From the NCBI GenBank assembly GCA_016840095.1, contig JAEOSZ010000066.1, positions 1 through 64,000 of the forward strand: a DNA stretch of 64,000 nt. Reading direction: 5' to 3'. Origin of the DNA: Candidatus Heimdallarchaeota archaeon. GTDB taxonomy: Archaea > Asgardarchaeota > Heimdallarchaeia > Heimdallarchaeales > Heimdallarchaeaceae. This document shows positions 35,585 to 44,795 of this stretch, piece after piece. Position 1 is the first letter of the stretch. Each line of letters opens with the position of its first letter. Below the pieces are notes generated by a model that was given only the letters and a program-made list of their open reading frames with translations, was not told the origin of the DNA and searched no databases. A program made the translations under genes and the position numbers.

Positions 35585-37447
35585 ATGACTCGAGTAGCTG
35601 TGATAAATCAAGATAAATGCAGACCAGATAAATGCGGTCAATTGTGTTACAAAGTTTGTCCTTCTGTTAGAGCTGGAAGAGAAACGATAACTTTTGATCC
35701 TCCAAGTAATAAAGCTGTTATCCATGAACCTCTTTGCTCTGGTGTCGCAATCTGTGTGAAGAAATGCCCATTTCATTGTATAACCGTTGTTAATCTTCCA
35801 GAAGAACTGGATAAAGAAGTTACACATAGATATGGGATAAATGGATTTAAATTACATAGATTACCTATGCCAAAAGTGGGCCAAGTAACAGGTCTAGTTG
35901 GGCAGAATGGATCAGGTAAAAGTACTACATTAAATATCTTACAAGGAGCTTTCAAACCAAATCTGGGAAGATTTGAAGAACCACCTGAATGGGATGAAAT
36001 CGTAGAAAATTATAGAGGAACTGAAGCTCAATCATATTTTGAAAAACTTGCAAATGAAGAGCTTAAAATTATCTTGAAACCACAGAATGTAGATAAATTA
36101 CCCAGAGTCATAAAAGGTAACGTTTCCGAATTAATTTCCAAAGTTGATGAACGAGGATTAAAAGATGAAGTCAAAGAGATATTCTCCCTATCTAAAGTCT
36201 GGGATAGAGATATATCAAAATTAAGTGGGGGGGAACTACAAAGATTAGCAATTGCAGCATCTGTAGTAAGAGAAGCAGATGTTTACCTTTTTGATGAACC
36301 AACTTCGTACTTAGATGTTCAAGAAAGAGTTAAAATTGCACAATACATTAATGAGATGAAATCTCCTAACCATACTCTTATTGTAGTTGAACACGATCTA
36401 GCTATGTTAGATTATCTTAGTGATCATGTTCACATGTATTATGGTCAAGCTGGAGCATATGGTATCGTAAGTCATCCCTATTCTGTTAGGGAAGGGATAA
36501 ATATTTTTCTGGATGGATATATTCCATCAGAAAATATGCGTTTCAGACCTGAACCTATAATATTCAAAAAAGCAAGTCTTGAAGAAAAAATTACTTCGTC
36601 TAGGTTAGCATTAAGATATGGAGATATGACTAAAAAGTTTGATTCATTTGAGTTATCAGTTAAGGGAGGAGAATTATACAAAGGAGAAGTAGTTGGCATC
36701 ATTGGACCCAATGGAATTGGTAAAACAACCTTCGTAAAAATGCTTGCAGGAATTCTTGAACCAACTACAATATCTGAACCTACAGAACTACTAGCTCAGA
36801 TGACAACAAGAGACACAGAAGCAACTAATCTGCAAGAGAACAATGAAAAAGCCACAATACATGAGAAATTGATTGTGAGTCATAAACCTCAATATCTCTA
36901 TACTGAGTCTGAACAAACAGTTCTGGATTATCTGAGAGAAATAAACCCTGTAATGCTAACAAGTGGCTGGCACAAATCAGAAATAATTGAGCCTTTAAAA
37001 TTTTCAAAACTCCTAGATTCTAGGCTCTGTAACTTATCTGGAGGGGAGCTTCAAAAAGTCTCTATAGCTGCGTGTTTGGGTAGAAAAGCGCATTTGTATC
37101 TTTTAGATGAGCCTTCAGCTTACATTTCATCAGAAGATAGAGTTAATGTAGCAAAAGTAATCAAAAGAGTAGTATCACACTATGAATTTCCAGCTATTGT
37201 TGTAGAGCATGATGTAATGATGCTTAACTTTACTTCTGATAGACTTATGGTCTTTGATGGTATTCCAGGTGAAAAAGGATCAAGTAAAAGAATCGGTACC
37301 ATACAACATGGCATGAATACTTTCTTGCGAAAAATGGATATAACATTCAGACAAGATCCACGGACACTTCGTCCAAGAGTAAACAAAAAAAACTCCCAAC
37401 TAGATAAGAAACAAAAATCTGAAGGAAACTATTTTGTAACAGCTTAA
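35585..37447 (+). CDS. rli: Ribosome recycling ATPase ABCE1/RLI
   Basis: N-terminal Fe-S domain, HRYG.NGFKL, two NBDs (GQNGSGKST, GPNGIGKTT, LSGGELQ x2), RPRVNK..S.LD..QK. Confidence 0.97.
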   Translation: MTRVAVINQDKCRPDKCGQLCYKVCPSVRAGRETITFDPPSNKAVIHEPLCSGVAICVKKCPFHCITVVNLPEELDKEVTHRYGINGFKLHRLPMPKVGQVTGLVGQNGSGKSTTLNILQGAFKPNLGRFEEPPEWDEIVENYRGTEAQSYFEKLANEELKIILKPQNVDKLPRVIKGNVSELISKVDERGLKDEVKEIFSLSKVWDRDISKLSGGELQRLAIAASVVREADVYLFDEPTSYLDVQERVKIAQYINEMKSPNHTLIVVEHDLAMLDYLSDHVHMYYGQAGAYGIVSHPYSVREGINIFLDGYIPSENMRFRPEPIIFKKASLEEKITSSRLALRYGDMTKKFDSFELSVKGGELYKGEVVGIIGPNGIGKTTFVKMLAGILEPTTISEPTELLAQMTTRDTEATNLQENNEKATIHEKLIVSHKPQYLYTESEQTVLDYLREINPVMLTSGWHKSEIIEPLKFSKLLDSRLCNLSGGELQKVSIAACLGRKAHLYLLDEPSAYISSEDRVNVAKVIKRVVSHYEFPAIVVEHDVMMLNFTSDRLMVFDGIPGEKGSSKRIGTIQHGMNTFLRKMDITFRQDPRTLRPRVNKKNSQLDKKQKSEGNYFVTA

Positions 37448-38340
37448 TTTTTAGTTTTTACTTCCACTGCAATTTCCATTTCCTTTTTCTCAGTTTTCTT
37501 TTGTTCAGTTCTATTGATATTAGTTATCCTTGCTTTGTAAATTTGTTCTGCAATTTGTAAGGTAATTTTCTCTTTCAGAAATCTAAACTTCTCAGTAATC
37601 CAAATAAGAGGAATGAATGATTTAGGTTGAATCAAATTGTACTTTGGCTTAACAATAAGTTTTGCAATTTTTTCAGCCAGTTTATTAACAGAACTTCCAT
37701 TTACAACATTATCATTTAAACCAGATATTTTGTTGAACTCTGTGTCATATGGTCCAGGTAAAACAGTTGATACAGATATTCCATAATTCCTAAGCTCTTG
37801 TCTTATACTATCTCCAAACACTTTTACTGCAGATTTTGTTGCACAATAAACAGCAAAAGGATAGACAGGGAGCATTGCTAGAGATGAGGATATGTTAATT
37901 ATACATCCTTCTCCTTGTTCTTTCATAATTGGTACAATTGCGTGTGTCATTTTAATTAGAGAGAGAACATTTGTCTCAATTAATTGATCAATTTCCTCTT
38001 CAGGTTGGTTCAGAAATAGATTTGCTTTTCCCAATCCAGCGTTATTAATAAGTACATCAATCCTACCATATGTTCTCAAAGTTGAATCAATTATTCTCTC
38101 TCGGTCTTCTCTATCTCTAATATCGCTGACAACAGGTAAAACCTTTACTTTCTGTTTTTTTAACAAACTAGCAGTGTGGTACAATTTTCTCTTTCTTCTT
38201 GCTGTAAGAACAAGTTTTGGCTTGTATTTAACTAGAGCAAGAGCAACTGCTTTTCCTATTCCTGAAGAAGCTCCAGTAATAATGATGACTTTACCTTCAT
38301 CAAAAAAAGCATTATTTGAGTAATGAGCTTTTCTTTGCAT
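37444..38340 (-). CDS. SDR family oxidoreductase
   Basis: TGASSGIG, NNAG, YCATK. Confidence 0.92.
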   Translation of the reverse strand: MQRKAHYSNNAFFDEGKVIIITGASSGIGKAVALALVKYKPKLVLTARRKRKLYHTASLLKKQKVKVLPVVSDIRDREDRERIIDSTLRTYGRIDVLINNAGLGKANLFLNQPEEEIDQLIETNVLSLIKMTHAIVPIMKEQGEGCIINISSSLAMLPVYPFAVYCATKSAVKVFGDSIRQELRNYGISVSTVLPGPYDTEFNKISGLNDNVVNGSSVNKLAEKIAKLIVKPKYNLIQPKSFIPLIWITEKFRFLKEKITLQIAEQIYKARITNINRTEQKKTEKKEMEIAVEVKTKN

Positions 38341-38405
38341 ACTATCAGAAATTCTTCTAAATTATCTTATAAAAACTCAAAAAAAGAAAGAAAAAGAAAT
38401 CGACA

Positions 38406-38843
38406 TTATTTTTCCTTTAGATGTTCAAACCATTCAGGCAATTTTATGCTTTCTTTGGAGACACTATCTCCTGGTAGATATGGTTTGATATCCAATACTG
38501 GTGTTCCATCTAGAGCATCAATTCTATCAATGTAAAGTCTGTTATTTTCAACCTTTAGTAACTTGACCTTAGTTAGACCTATGGGGTTTGGTCGTGTTGG
38601 ACTTCTAGAGGAGAAAACACCTGTTTCTATAGAGACTTCTAACCTTGGAGGAGTAGCTAGCATTTGAGATCTATCTTGAGGATTATCTCTCATTGATATC
38701 CACCATAATACGAAAATATGACTAAATTGATCGATATGACGTAATCCAGTAGTGTAAAGTTGTGATAATTCAATATAGCAAGCTTCCTGTTCTATTCTTA
38801 CTATACCAATCTGATGAATTCCAAAAGATGACATTATAATCAA
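38406..38843 (-). CDS. tsaA: tRNA m6t6A37 methyltransferase TrmO/TsaA family
   Basis: FSHIFVLWW, GVFSSRSPTRPNPIGL, IDALDGTPVLDIKPY. Confidence 0.9.
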   Translation of the reverse strand: MIIMSSFGIHQIGIVRIEQEACYIELSQLYTTGLRHIDQFSHIFVLWWISMRDNPQDRSQMLATPPRLEVSIETGVFSSRSPTRPNPIGLTKVKLLKVENNRLYIDRIDALDGTPVLDIKPYLPGDSVSKESIKLPEWFEHLKEK

Positions 38844-38904
38844 ACACCAATAATCTAATCATCTTTTGAATTTTTCTTTATCACTTATTTCCTCAATAAC
38901 TGAA

Positions 38905-39588
38905 TTACTCAAAGAAATAGTCTAGGGTGTGTTTTTCTTTTCTTTGTTCAACAACTTTCTCATAAAATTCCTTTTCAATCTTCATATTCGCTTTTTCTAA
39001 AGCATATTTGGGAATGAATTTACGAAAGAGTTTAACATTCAATCTTTGTTCAAGAAATTGAGTTTCATAATACTTTTCCCAAAGGAAATCCCCATCTTCT
39101 ATAAAAGCATCAGTGGGAAAACCATCGGTAATTGAATGCTTTGCGAAATCTCTAACTTGTTCAACAATTGTTTTTTTAGAACTTCCTTTGAACTGAGGAA
39201 ACTCAGAAAGGTCTTTTCTATTAGTTACTACAGAAAAGGAGCTATTACTGAAAACAACAATGATGAATCTATCAAATCTTTTAGCTAGTGATTTAGCAAT
39301 TAAATTACAGGTATCGTGTTCAGGATTGTATTCTCCTACAAGAACCATCTCAGGAAATGGTTTAAGCCTCATATATGCTGACAGAAGATGTACTTCTCTA
39401 AGGACAGCATTGCCTCTCTTTTTAATCATATTTCCTAATTTTGAGCATCCTGTAGTTATTTCAAAAGGTTTAGACTCTAACAAAACTTCTGCCCCTGAAA
39501 TAAAATCTTTAGTCGAATCTTTGTGATATTTTGCAGCATTAAAGTACTCTTCAGCAGATAAACTACAAAAAAACAAGTCTCTAAGCAC
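38905..39588 (-). CDS. DUF4130-type DNA metabolism protein (partner of the radical SAM enzyme)
   Basis: V.REVH...AY.RL, Y.PEH, RF, LW..YY, RLN.KL....IPKY; overlaps upstream rSAM gene. Confidence 0.75.
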   Translation of the reverse strand: MLRDLFFCSLSAEEYFNAAKYHKDSTKDFISGAEVLLESKPFEITTGCSKLGNMIKKRGNAVLREVHLLSAYMRLKPFPEMVLVGEYNPEHDTCNLIAKSLAKRFDRFIIVVFSNSSFSVVTNRKDLSEFPQFKGSSKKTIVEQVRDFAKHSITDGFPTDAFIEDGDFLWEKYYETQFLEQRLNVKLFRKFIPKYALEKANMKIEKEFYEKVVEQRKEKHTLDYFFE

Positions 39589-40756
39589 CTCCTTTAGGAA
39601 TTTTAAAAGTATCCAATGTTAGTTGAGTTTTCGAGCCAATCTTTAGAAAAGGTAGAGCTCTCTTCAAGACAATACCTATTGATTTAAGTTGCTGATTTTT
39701 AGTTAGTTTTACTCCCTGTTGTTGTAATTTTAATACTCTCATTGCAGAAGTATGACCTATACCTGGAACTCTCATAAGTTCATCGTAAGTTGCACAATTA
39801 ATATCTACAGGGAAAAGTTCTGTGTTCATCCTAGCTAAGGTCACTTTCGGATCCATCTTGAGAGGGATAAATCCATTATCATTTACAACATTCAAAAGTT
39901 CTTCTGGAGAATATTTGTAGATTCTTCTGAGCCAATCTATCTGGTATAACCTATGTTCTCTTAAGAAAAAAGTTCTAGGAAAACTTTTACTCTTCTCTTC
40001 TAAAGGAAGACAAGTTGAGTAGTATTGTCTTCTAAAATTCCAATCGTCGGTATAGAAATCGAAAACATTGTCCAAAATCTCTTTGTCTGTTTCTTCAGCT
40101 GCTCCAATTACATACTGAGTAGTGTAACCAGCTGGAATTTCTCCTTTTTCTCTCATTTCTGGGAGATATCTTGTTACTTTGATGATGTCGGAGTAAAAAT
40201 CCTTAGTTGAGCAAGTTTCACTGAATCGGGATTTATTAGGTAATTCCACATTGATACTAACACGATCAGCTAATTCACCTATTCTAAGAAGTTCATCTTT
40301 CCCAATACCTGGAAGAACCTTTGCATGTACATAACCATCAAACTTGTACTTATTACGTAAAACAAGGAGAGTTTCATGAATTTTCTCAGCTTGACAATTT
40401 GCGCTTTTTCCAACTCCAGAACTTAGAAACAATCCTTCAATATAATTTCGTAGATAAAAACCAATAGTTAGTCTTGCCAGTTCATCAGGTTTAAAAGAAG
40501 TAATTGAATGCTTGAACTGCTTTCTGTTCTTCGTAGAATTGATACAATAAGCACAATCATGTATGCACTGATTTGTAAACAAAACTTTGAGCAAACTAAT
40601 GCAACGACCATCTGGGAGAAACGAGTGACATATACCTGTCGATACTGCCTTGCCAATTGATCCTGGAGTATGTGCTCTGGGGGACGCTGTAGATGCACAT
40701 AAGTCATACTTTGCAGCTTCACCTAAGATACGTAATTTTTCCAAAACACTCGGCAA
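39581..40756 (-). CDS. Putative DNA modification/repair radical SAM protein with helix-hairpin-helix
   Basis: AKYDLC, GICHSF..DGRCISLLK, CIHDCAYC, NYIEGLFLSSG, REHRLYQ.DWL, LMRVPGIG. Confidence 0.92.
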   Translation of the reverse strand: MPSVLEKLRILGEAAKYDLCASTASPRAHTPGSIGKAVSTGICHSFLPDGRCISLLKVLFTNQCIHDCAYCINSTKNRKQFKHSITSFKPDELARLTIGFYLRNYIEGLFLSSGVGKSANCQAEKIHETLLVLRNKYKFDGYVHAKVLPGIGKDELLRIGELADRVSINVELPNKSRFSETCSTKDFYSDIIKVTRYLPEMREKGEIPAGYTTQYVIGAAEETDKEILDNVFDFYTDDWNFRRQYYSTCLPLEEKSKSFPRTFFLREHRLYQIDWLRRIYKYSPEELLNVVNDNGFIPLKMDPKVTLARMNTELFPVDINCATYDELMRVPGIGHTSAMRVLKLQQQGVKLTKNQQLKSIGIVLKRALPFLKIGSKTQLTLDTFKIPKGGA

Positions 40757-40875
40757 TTTTACTCATAAATAATTAGACTTTCAATATAAAAACCCCCAAA
40801 AAGAGTAACTTGGAGAAATAATAAAGAAAATCTTCAAAATCACAACTTTTAAAACTAATTCTTTGTTTGGGAACA

Positions 40876-40910
40876 TACCGACGAGATGTCCACCCGGGAA
40901 TCGTTAGGTG
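40876..40910 (+). promoter_or_regulatory. Candidate eL15 ribosomal-protein leader hairpin sequestering the RBS
   Basis: ACC-GACGA (40877-84) pairs with TCGTT-A-GGT (40901-09), overlapping the AGGTGA RBS; TATA-like TTTTAAAA at 40847-54. Confidence 0.45.
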
Positions 40911-40916
40911 ATAATT

Positions 40917-41546
40917 ATGACCAAAAGTATGTATAAGTATATTGGTGAGTTTTGGCGCAATCGAGATACTCCAGAGTTTAAGGAGTTGATGCGAAAGCGT
41001 ATTATTCAATGGAGAAGAGAGGGAGCTACTGAAAGAGTTGAAAAGCCAACAAGACTTGATAGAGCTAGAGCACTTGGATATAAGGCTAAACAGGGATACG
41101 TAATTGTTAGAGCAAAAGTTAGGAGAGGAGGAAGGAGAAAAAAGAGACCTGTAAGAGGAAGAAAATCTCGTAATATGGGTGTTAACAAAATAACTCCCAA
41201 GAAAAGTATCAAACTTATTGCCGAAGAAAGAGTTGCAAGAAAATATAGCAACCTTGAAGTTCTAAACTCTTATTGGGTAGGTCAAGATGGTAGACATAAA
41301 TTCTTCGAAATAATATTGATAGATCCTCAACATCCTGTAATTGCAAAAGATCCAAGAACAAGTTGGGTTTCAATTAAAGAATATCGTGGTGACGAAATAT
41401 TTTACCTCAAAAATCCAGTTCATAGAGGAAGAGTTCATAGAGGATTGACAAGTGCAGGTAAAAAATCAAGAGGACTTCGTACAAAAGGTATTGGTGCTGA
41501 AAAAGTCAGACCTTCTTTAAGAAGTCATGGACGAAGAGGCAACTAA
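40917..41546 (+). CDS. rpl15e: 50S ribosomal protein L15e
   Basis: [48 protein letters not shown]. Confidence 0.97.
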   Translation: MTKSMYKYIGEFWRNRDTPEFKELMRKRIIQWRREGATERVEKPTRLDRARALGYKAKQGYVIVRAKVRRGGRRKKRPVRGRKSRNMGVNKITPKKSIKLIAEERVARKYSNLEVLNSYWVGQDGRHKFFEIILIDPQHPVIAKDPRTSWVSIKEYRGDEIFYLKNPVHRGRVHRGLTSAGKKSRGLRTKGIGAEKVRPSLRSHGRRGN

Positions 41547-41598
41547 CCTTCTTTCTTTTCTTTATTTTTAGAAATATACAAGCAAATTAGGTAATAGG

Positions 41599-42060
41599 AT
41601 GGACATCACAATTAGCAAAATTGAATATAGTTTTTCAATTCATGCTACAGAGGATTTTGATAAAAACTTGGAAGCTTTAACGAATCTTATTCCAGAAGAA
41701 CTTATTCAGGAAACAGAGGTTGTTGTTGAAGAACTTGTAGGAGGATATGATAATCCTATTGAATATGTTTCAATCACTTTTAGTAATAAAAAACTAATAA
41801 ACAGAATTTTAGCCCACTTAGTAAATCAATTTTCAAAGGAACAAAAACAGCAGTTATTTACTGAATTCGAGGAAAGGTTTAACCAAGATAAGAAATCTTT
41901 TCATATTCGAATTGATAAGCAGGCAATGTTATCTAATCACCTTTCTGTGAGTTTAGGAACCAATATTATTAAAATAGAGATTAAATTGAGATCTTATATC
42001 AAAAATGTTGATTTCAAACAGTTTTTGATTGATAATGGTCTATTAATGAAAAACTATTAA
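41599..42060 (+). CDS. RNA-binding protein, DUF54-like (follows eL15 in archaea)
   Basis: HATED..K, G.Y.NPI, RIDKQ; conserved synteny. Confidence 0.8.
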   Translation: MDITISKIEYSFSIHATEDFDKNLEALTNLIPEELIQETEVVVEELVGGYDNPIEYVSITFSNKKLINRILAHLVNQFSKEQKQQLFTEFEERFNQDKKSFHIRIDKQAMLSNHLSVSLGTNIIKIEIKLRSYIKNVDFKQFLIDNGLLMKNY

Positions 42061-42117
42061 TTATTTGGCACAGCCACAAAGAATCAACTTATAATTTTAT
42101 ATCACTTATATAAGAGC

Positions 42118-44595
42118 ATGAAAAAGAAGTTAACCTTAGCAATATTATTCTTAATGTTAACATCAGTTTTATTTATTGATTTATCTACCTACAATCTTGC
42201 TAGTTATGAATCTAGCGCAGGTAATGATACAATATCTAGCGTTGATACTCCAGAATTTGATCATATATTTGGTCCTCCTGGTCATGTTGCATTGGCAATA
42301 TCAGAAGAAGATAATCTGATTTTTACAAATGCTCCAGAAGGTTTAGCACTAATACAATTAGATGATTTAACCAATCAAACGGTCTATAAGGATGAGATAG
42401 GTTTAACTGATGTCCAAATTCAGAATATAGAAATTGATAAAGATCTTAAATTGTTGTACATAGGTTCACTACAAGGAGTAGATATTGTTAACTATTCCGT
42501 TACACCACTTTCGGCTACTCCAATTCTAACAGGAGTTGCAACAAATTTTGAATTGGGTGATTTTATAGATGTAGATCCCTATACTCACTATGTATGGATT
42601 GTTACACAGTCTCATGGATTGATTGTTTATGATCCAATCACTGATAGACAATTAGACATTAGCGGATATAATCCTCCTGCTCCAAGTGTAAAAATGCTTA
42701 CAGTTGATGCTAATTCTTCAGAATCTTACGTATTTATTGGTACATCTGTTGGAGTCTTTGAAATCGATATTTCGGAAAATACTACCAGATGGTATACAAA
42801 AAGTGATGGACTTCCTAATGACTATTCTAGACTTGTTAAATACTATCCAATCCTAGGAAAAATCTTTGTCGCAACATTTAATGAAACAACAAACATCTGT
42901 GATGGTATAAGTGTAATTTTTCCAGATAATGATACAATTATAACTTACCCCTATACTCAAACACCATACTATTCTAGATCATTTCTTGATTTAGTGTGTG
43001 ATACTGAAGCGAAATTGGGTTTTGCAGTATCTCCTTATACCACAAATGCAGAATCTGGTCTATTAGTTTTTAATACAACAAGTATGGAAGCTGTAGCTAA
43101 ATCATATTATGGCTCTGGATCAGGATATCCACTAACCACTGTGACAGGAGCACCTTACCCTATCGAAAGCTTGCTTGCATCTATACGATTAGATTCAGTT
43201 ACAAGAAAACTTATCGTTGGAACAGTTCAAAGAATACAAAAAATCGATTATACTGCTCCTAGTACAGCTATTACTGAACAATCAGACATATTAGGTCTAG
43301 CACATAACATGGCAACCGATATTAATTATGATCCAGTTGATGGATACGCATATGTTTCTACTCTATTAGGTTTGGATAGAATCAACACAACAGATCCTAA
43401 TCGATTAAATCCTCTTTCAGTAGAACATCTTATTTCAGGAATTGGTGGTGCTGGAGGAGATACAGCTGGAGAACTGCTTGTAAATGCACGACTTATGTTC
43501 CACCATAGATACATGTATGACATTGATACAAGTACTACTACAAATATTGAATCCATACTTCCATTAAGTGAATATAGATACGTTTCAGATATATCTTCAT
43601 CATACAATGAAAGTTTGATTTATTATTCAATTGCATCTCAAAATGCAGGTGTAGGTGGGAATGGTTCTATGATTGTTTATAACTGGGAACTAGGCACATA
43701 TTATGTTGAAAACTTCACTGAAGAAATTACACAGTTAGAAGTAAATTCCATTTTACAAGATCCAGATAAAGACGTTCTCTATGTGGCTACTAATACAGGA
43801 TTAATCCTCTATAACCTTACAAGTCTCTCAGAAATTAAAAGATTTGGAGATGTTGAGAATTGGGAAATTCAATCACTCGAGTGGATTGAAGGAAAACTCT
43901 GGCTTGGCATGGAACCTTATCCAAATATAAGAATATTTGATCCAATTACTGAAAATATCATTGCTTGGGACAAAGCAGATCAAATCACAGCTCCTTCTAT
44001 TAATGACATCTTCTATCTTGATTCTAGAAATGAAACATACATTCTAGCAAACTCAGGTCTGTATGTATTTAATAGGACTAATCAAGTACTGAAAACTGAA
44101 AATGAAGCAGATGGACTATCTACATTATTAGTTCGTAGAATGGATTACATTCCAACTACTGATGAACCATGGATAGGTAGTTTACAAGGAATCAATATCT
44201 ATGATCCAAATTATGATGATAAAGTTCCTTCAGTTACTATAACATTCCCAAGTACCATAGTGTCCGGTCTGATAAATATAGACATAACTGGCGTGGATTA
44301 TGTTGGAATCAAGGAAATCAAAGTTAGAATGGAAAATGGTTCATGGTTCCAAGAATGGTCTATAGGTTCCAATTTTCTGCGAATAAATCTTGATACAACC
44401 CTGTATGAAAACGGCTATTATGATTTCATTGTTGATGTAACAGACTGGAATGATTTATCAACTCAAAGCACAACTGAAGATATTCTAATCAATAATGTCA
44501 TTGTAAATGAATTTAACACAACAACAATTCTAGTCATTCTACCTGCCATTATTGGTATAGGCGTATTATTCATAAGAAAACGTTTGAAGCGATAA
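42118..44595 (+). CDS. Secreted beta-propeller protein with Ig-like domain and C-terminal anchor
   Basis: Signal peptide; repeats of (D)GL.N....I...D....YV.T..GL; D..P.V.I..P Ig-like module; TM followed by RKR. Confidence 0.75.
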   Translation: MKKKLTLAILFLMLTSVLFIDLSTYNLASYESSAGNDTISSVDTPEFDHIFGPPGHVALAISEEDNLIFTNAPEGLALIQLDDLTNQTVYKDEIGLTDVQIQNIEIDKDLKLLYIGSLQGVDIVNYSVTPLSATPILTGVATNFELGDFIDVDPYTHYVWIVTQSHGLIVYDPITDRQLDISGYNPPAPSVKMLTVDANSSESYVFIGTSVGVFEIDISENTTRWYTKSDGLPNDYSRLVKYYPILGKIFVATFNETTNICDGISVIFPDNDTIITYPYTQTPYYSRSFLDLVCDTEAKLGFAVSPYTTNAESGLLVFNTTSMEAVAKSYYGSGSGYPLTTVTGAPYPIESLLASIRLDSVTRKLIVGTVQRIQKIDYTAPSTAITEQSDILGLAHNMATDINYDPVDGYAYVSTLLGLDRINTTDPNRLNPLSVEHLISGIGGAGGDTAGELLVNARLMFHHRYMYDIDTSTTTNIESILPLSEYRYVSDISSSYNESLIYYSIASQNAGVGGNGSMIVYNWELGTYYVENFTEEITQLEVNSILQDPDKDVLYVATNTGLILYNLTSLSEIKRFGDVENWEIQSLEWIEGKLWLGMEPYPNIRIFDPITENIIAWDKADQITAPSINDIFYLDSRNETYILANSGLYVFNRTNQVLKTENEADGLSTLLVRRMDYIPTTDEPWIGSLQGINIYDPNYDDKVPSVTITFPSTIVSGLINIDITGVDYVGIKEIKVRMENGSWFQEWSIGSNFLRINLDTTLYENGYYDFIVDVTDWNDLSTQSTTEDILINNVIVNEFNTTTILVILPAIIGIGVLFIRKRLKR

Positions 44596-44685
44596 TTTTC
44601 TTCTCTTTCCTTCCTTTTTTTAAAAAACTTGTATTTAAGTAGTTGACAGAAAGTTTTTAAAATGTAGAAACGAGAAAAATAACGA

Positions 44686-44756
44686 GCACGAGGAATTAGG
44701 ATGGATCGCGAAATTCGCTAAAAAGAAACTTTTTTTTATATATCCTTGTAGCGTGC
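44686..44756 (+). promoter_or_regulatory. Structured ileS leader with uORF MDREIR and T8 tract
   Basis: GCACG/CGTGC, AGGAT/ATCCT and GCGA/TCGC stems; ATG GAT CGC GAA ATT CGC TAA at 44701-44721; oligo-T at 44730-44737. Confidence 0.4.
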
Positions 44757-44795
44757 CTTATATATTTCTGAAAAAACATTTTGGAGTAGATTATA

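Noticed and set aside
44686-44795. T-box riboswitch upstream of ileS
   Set aside because: No TGGNACC T-box motif and no recognisable stem I/specifier loop.
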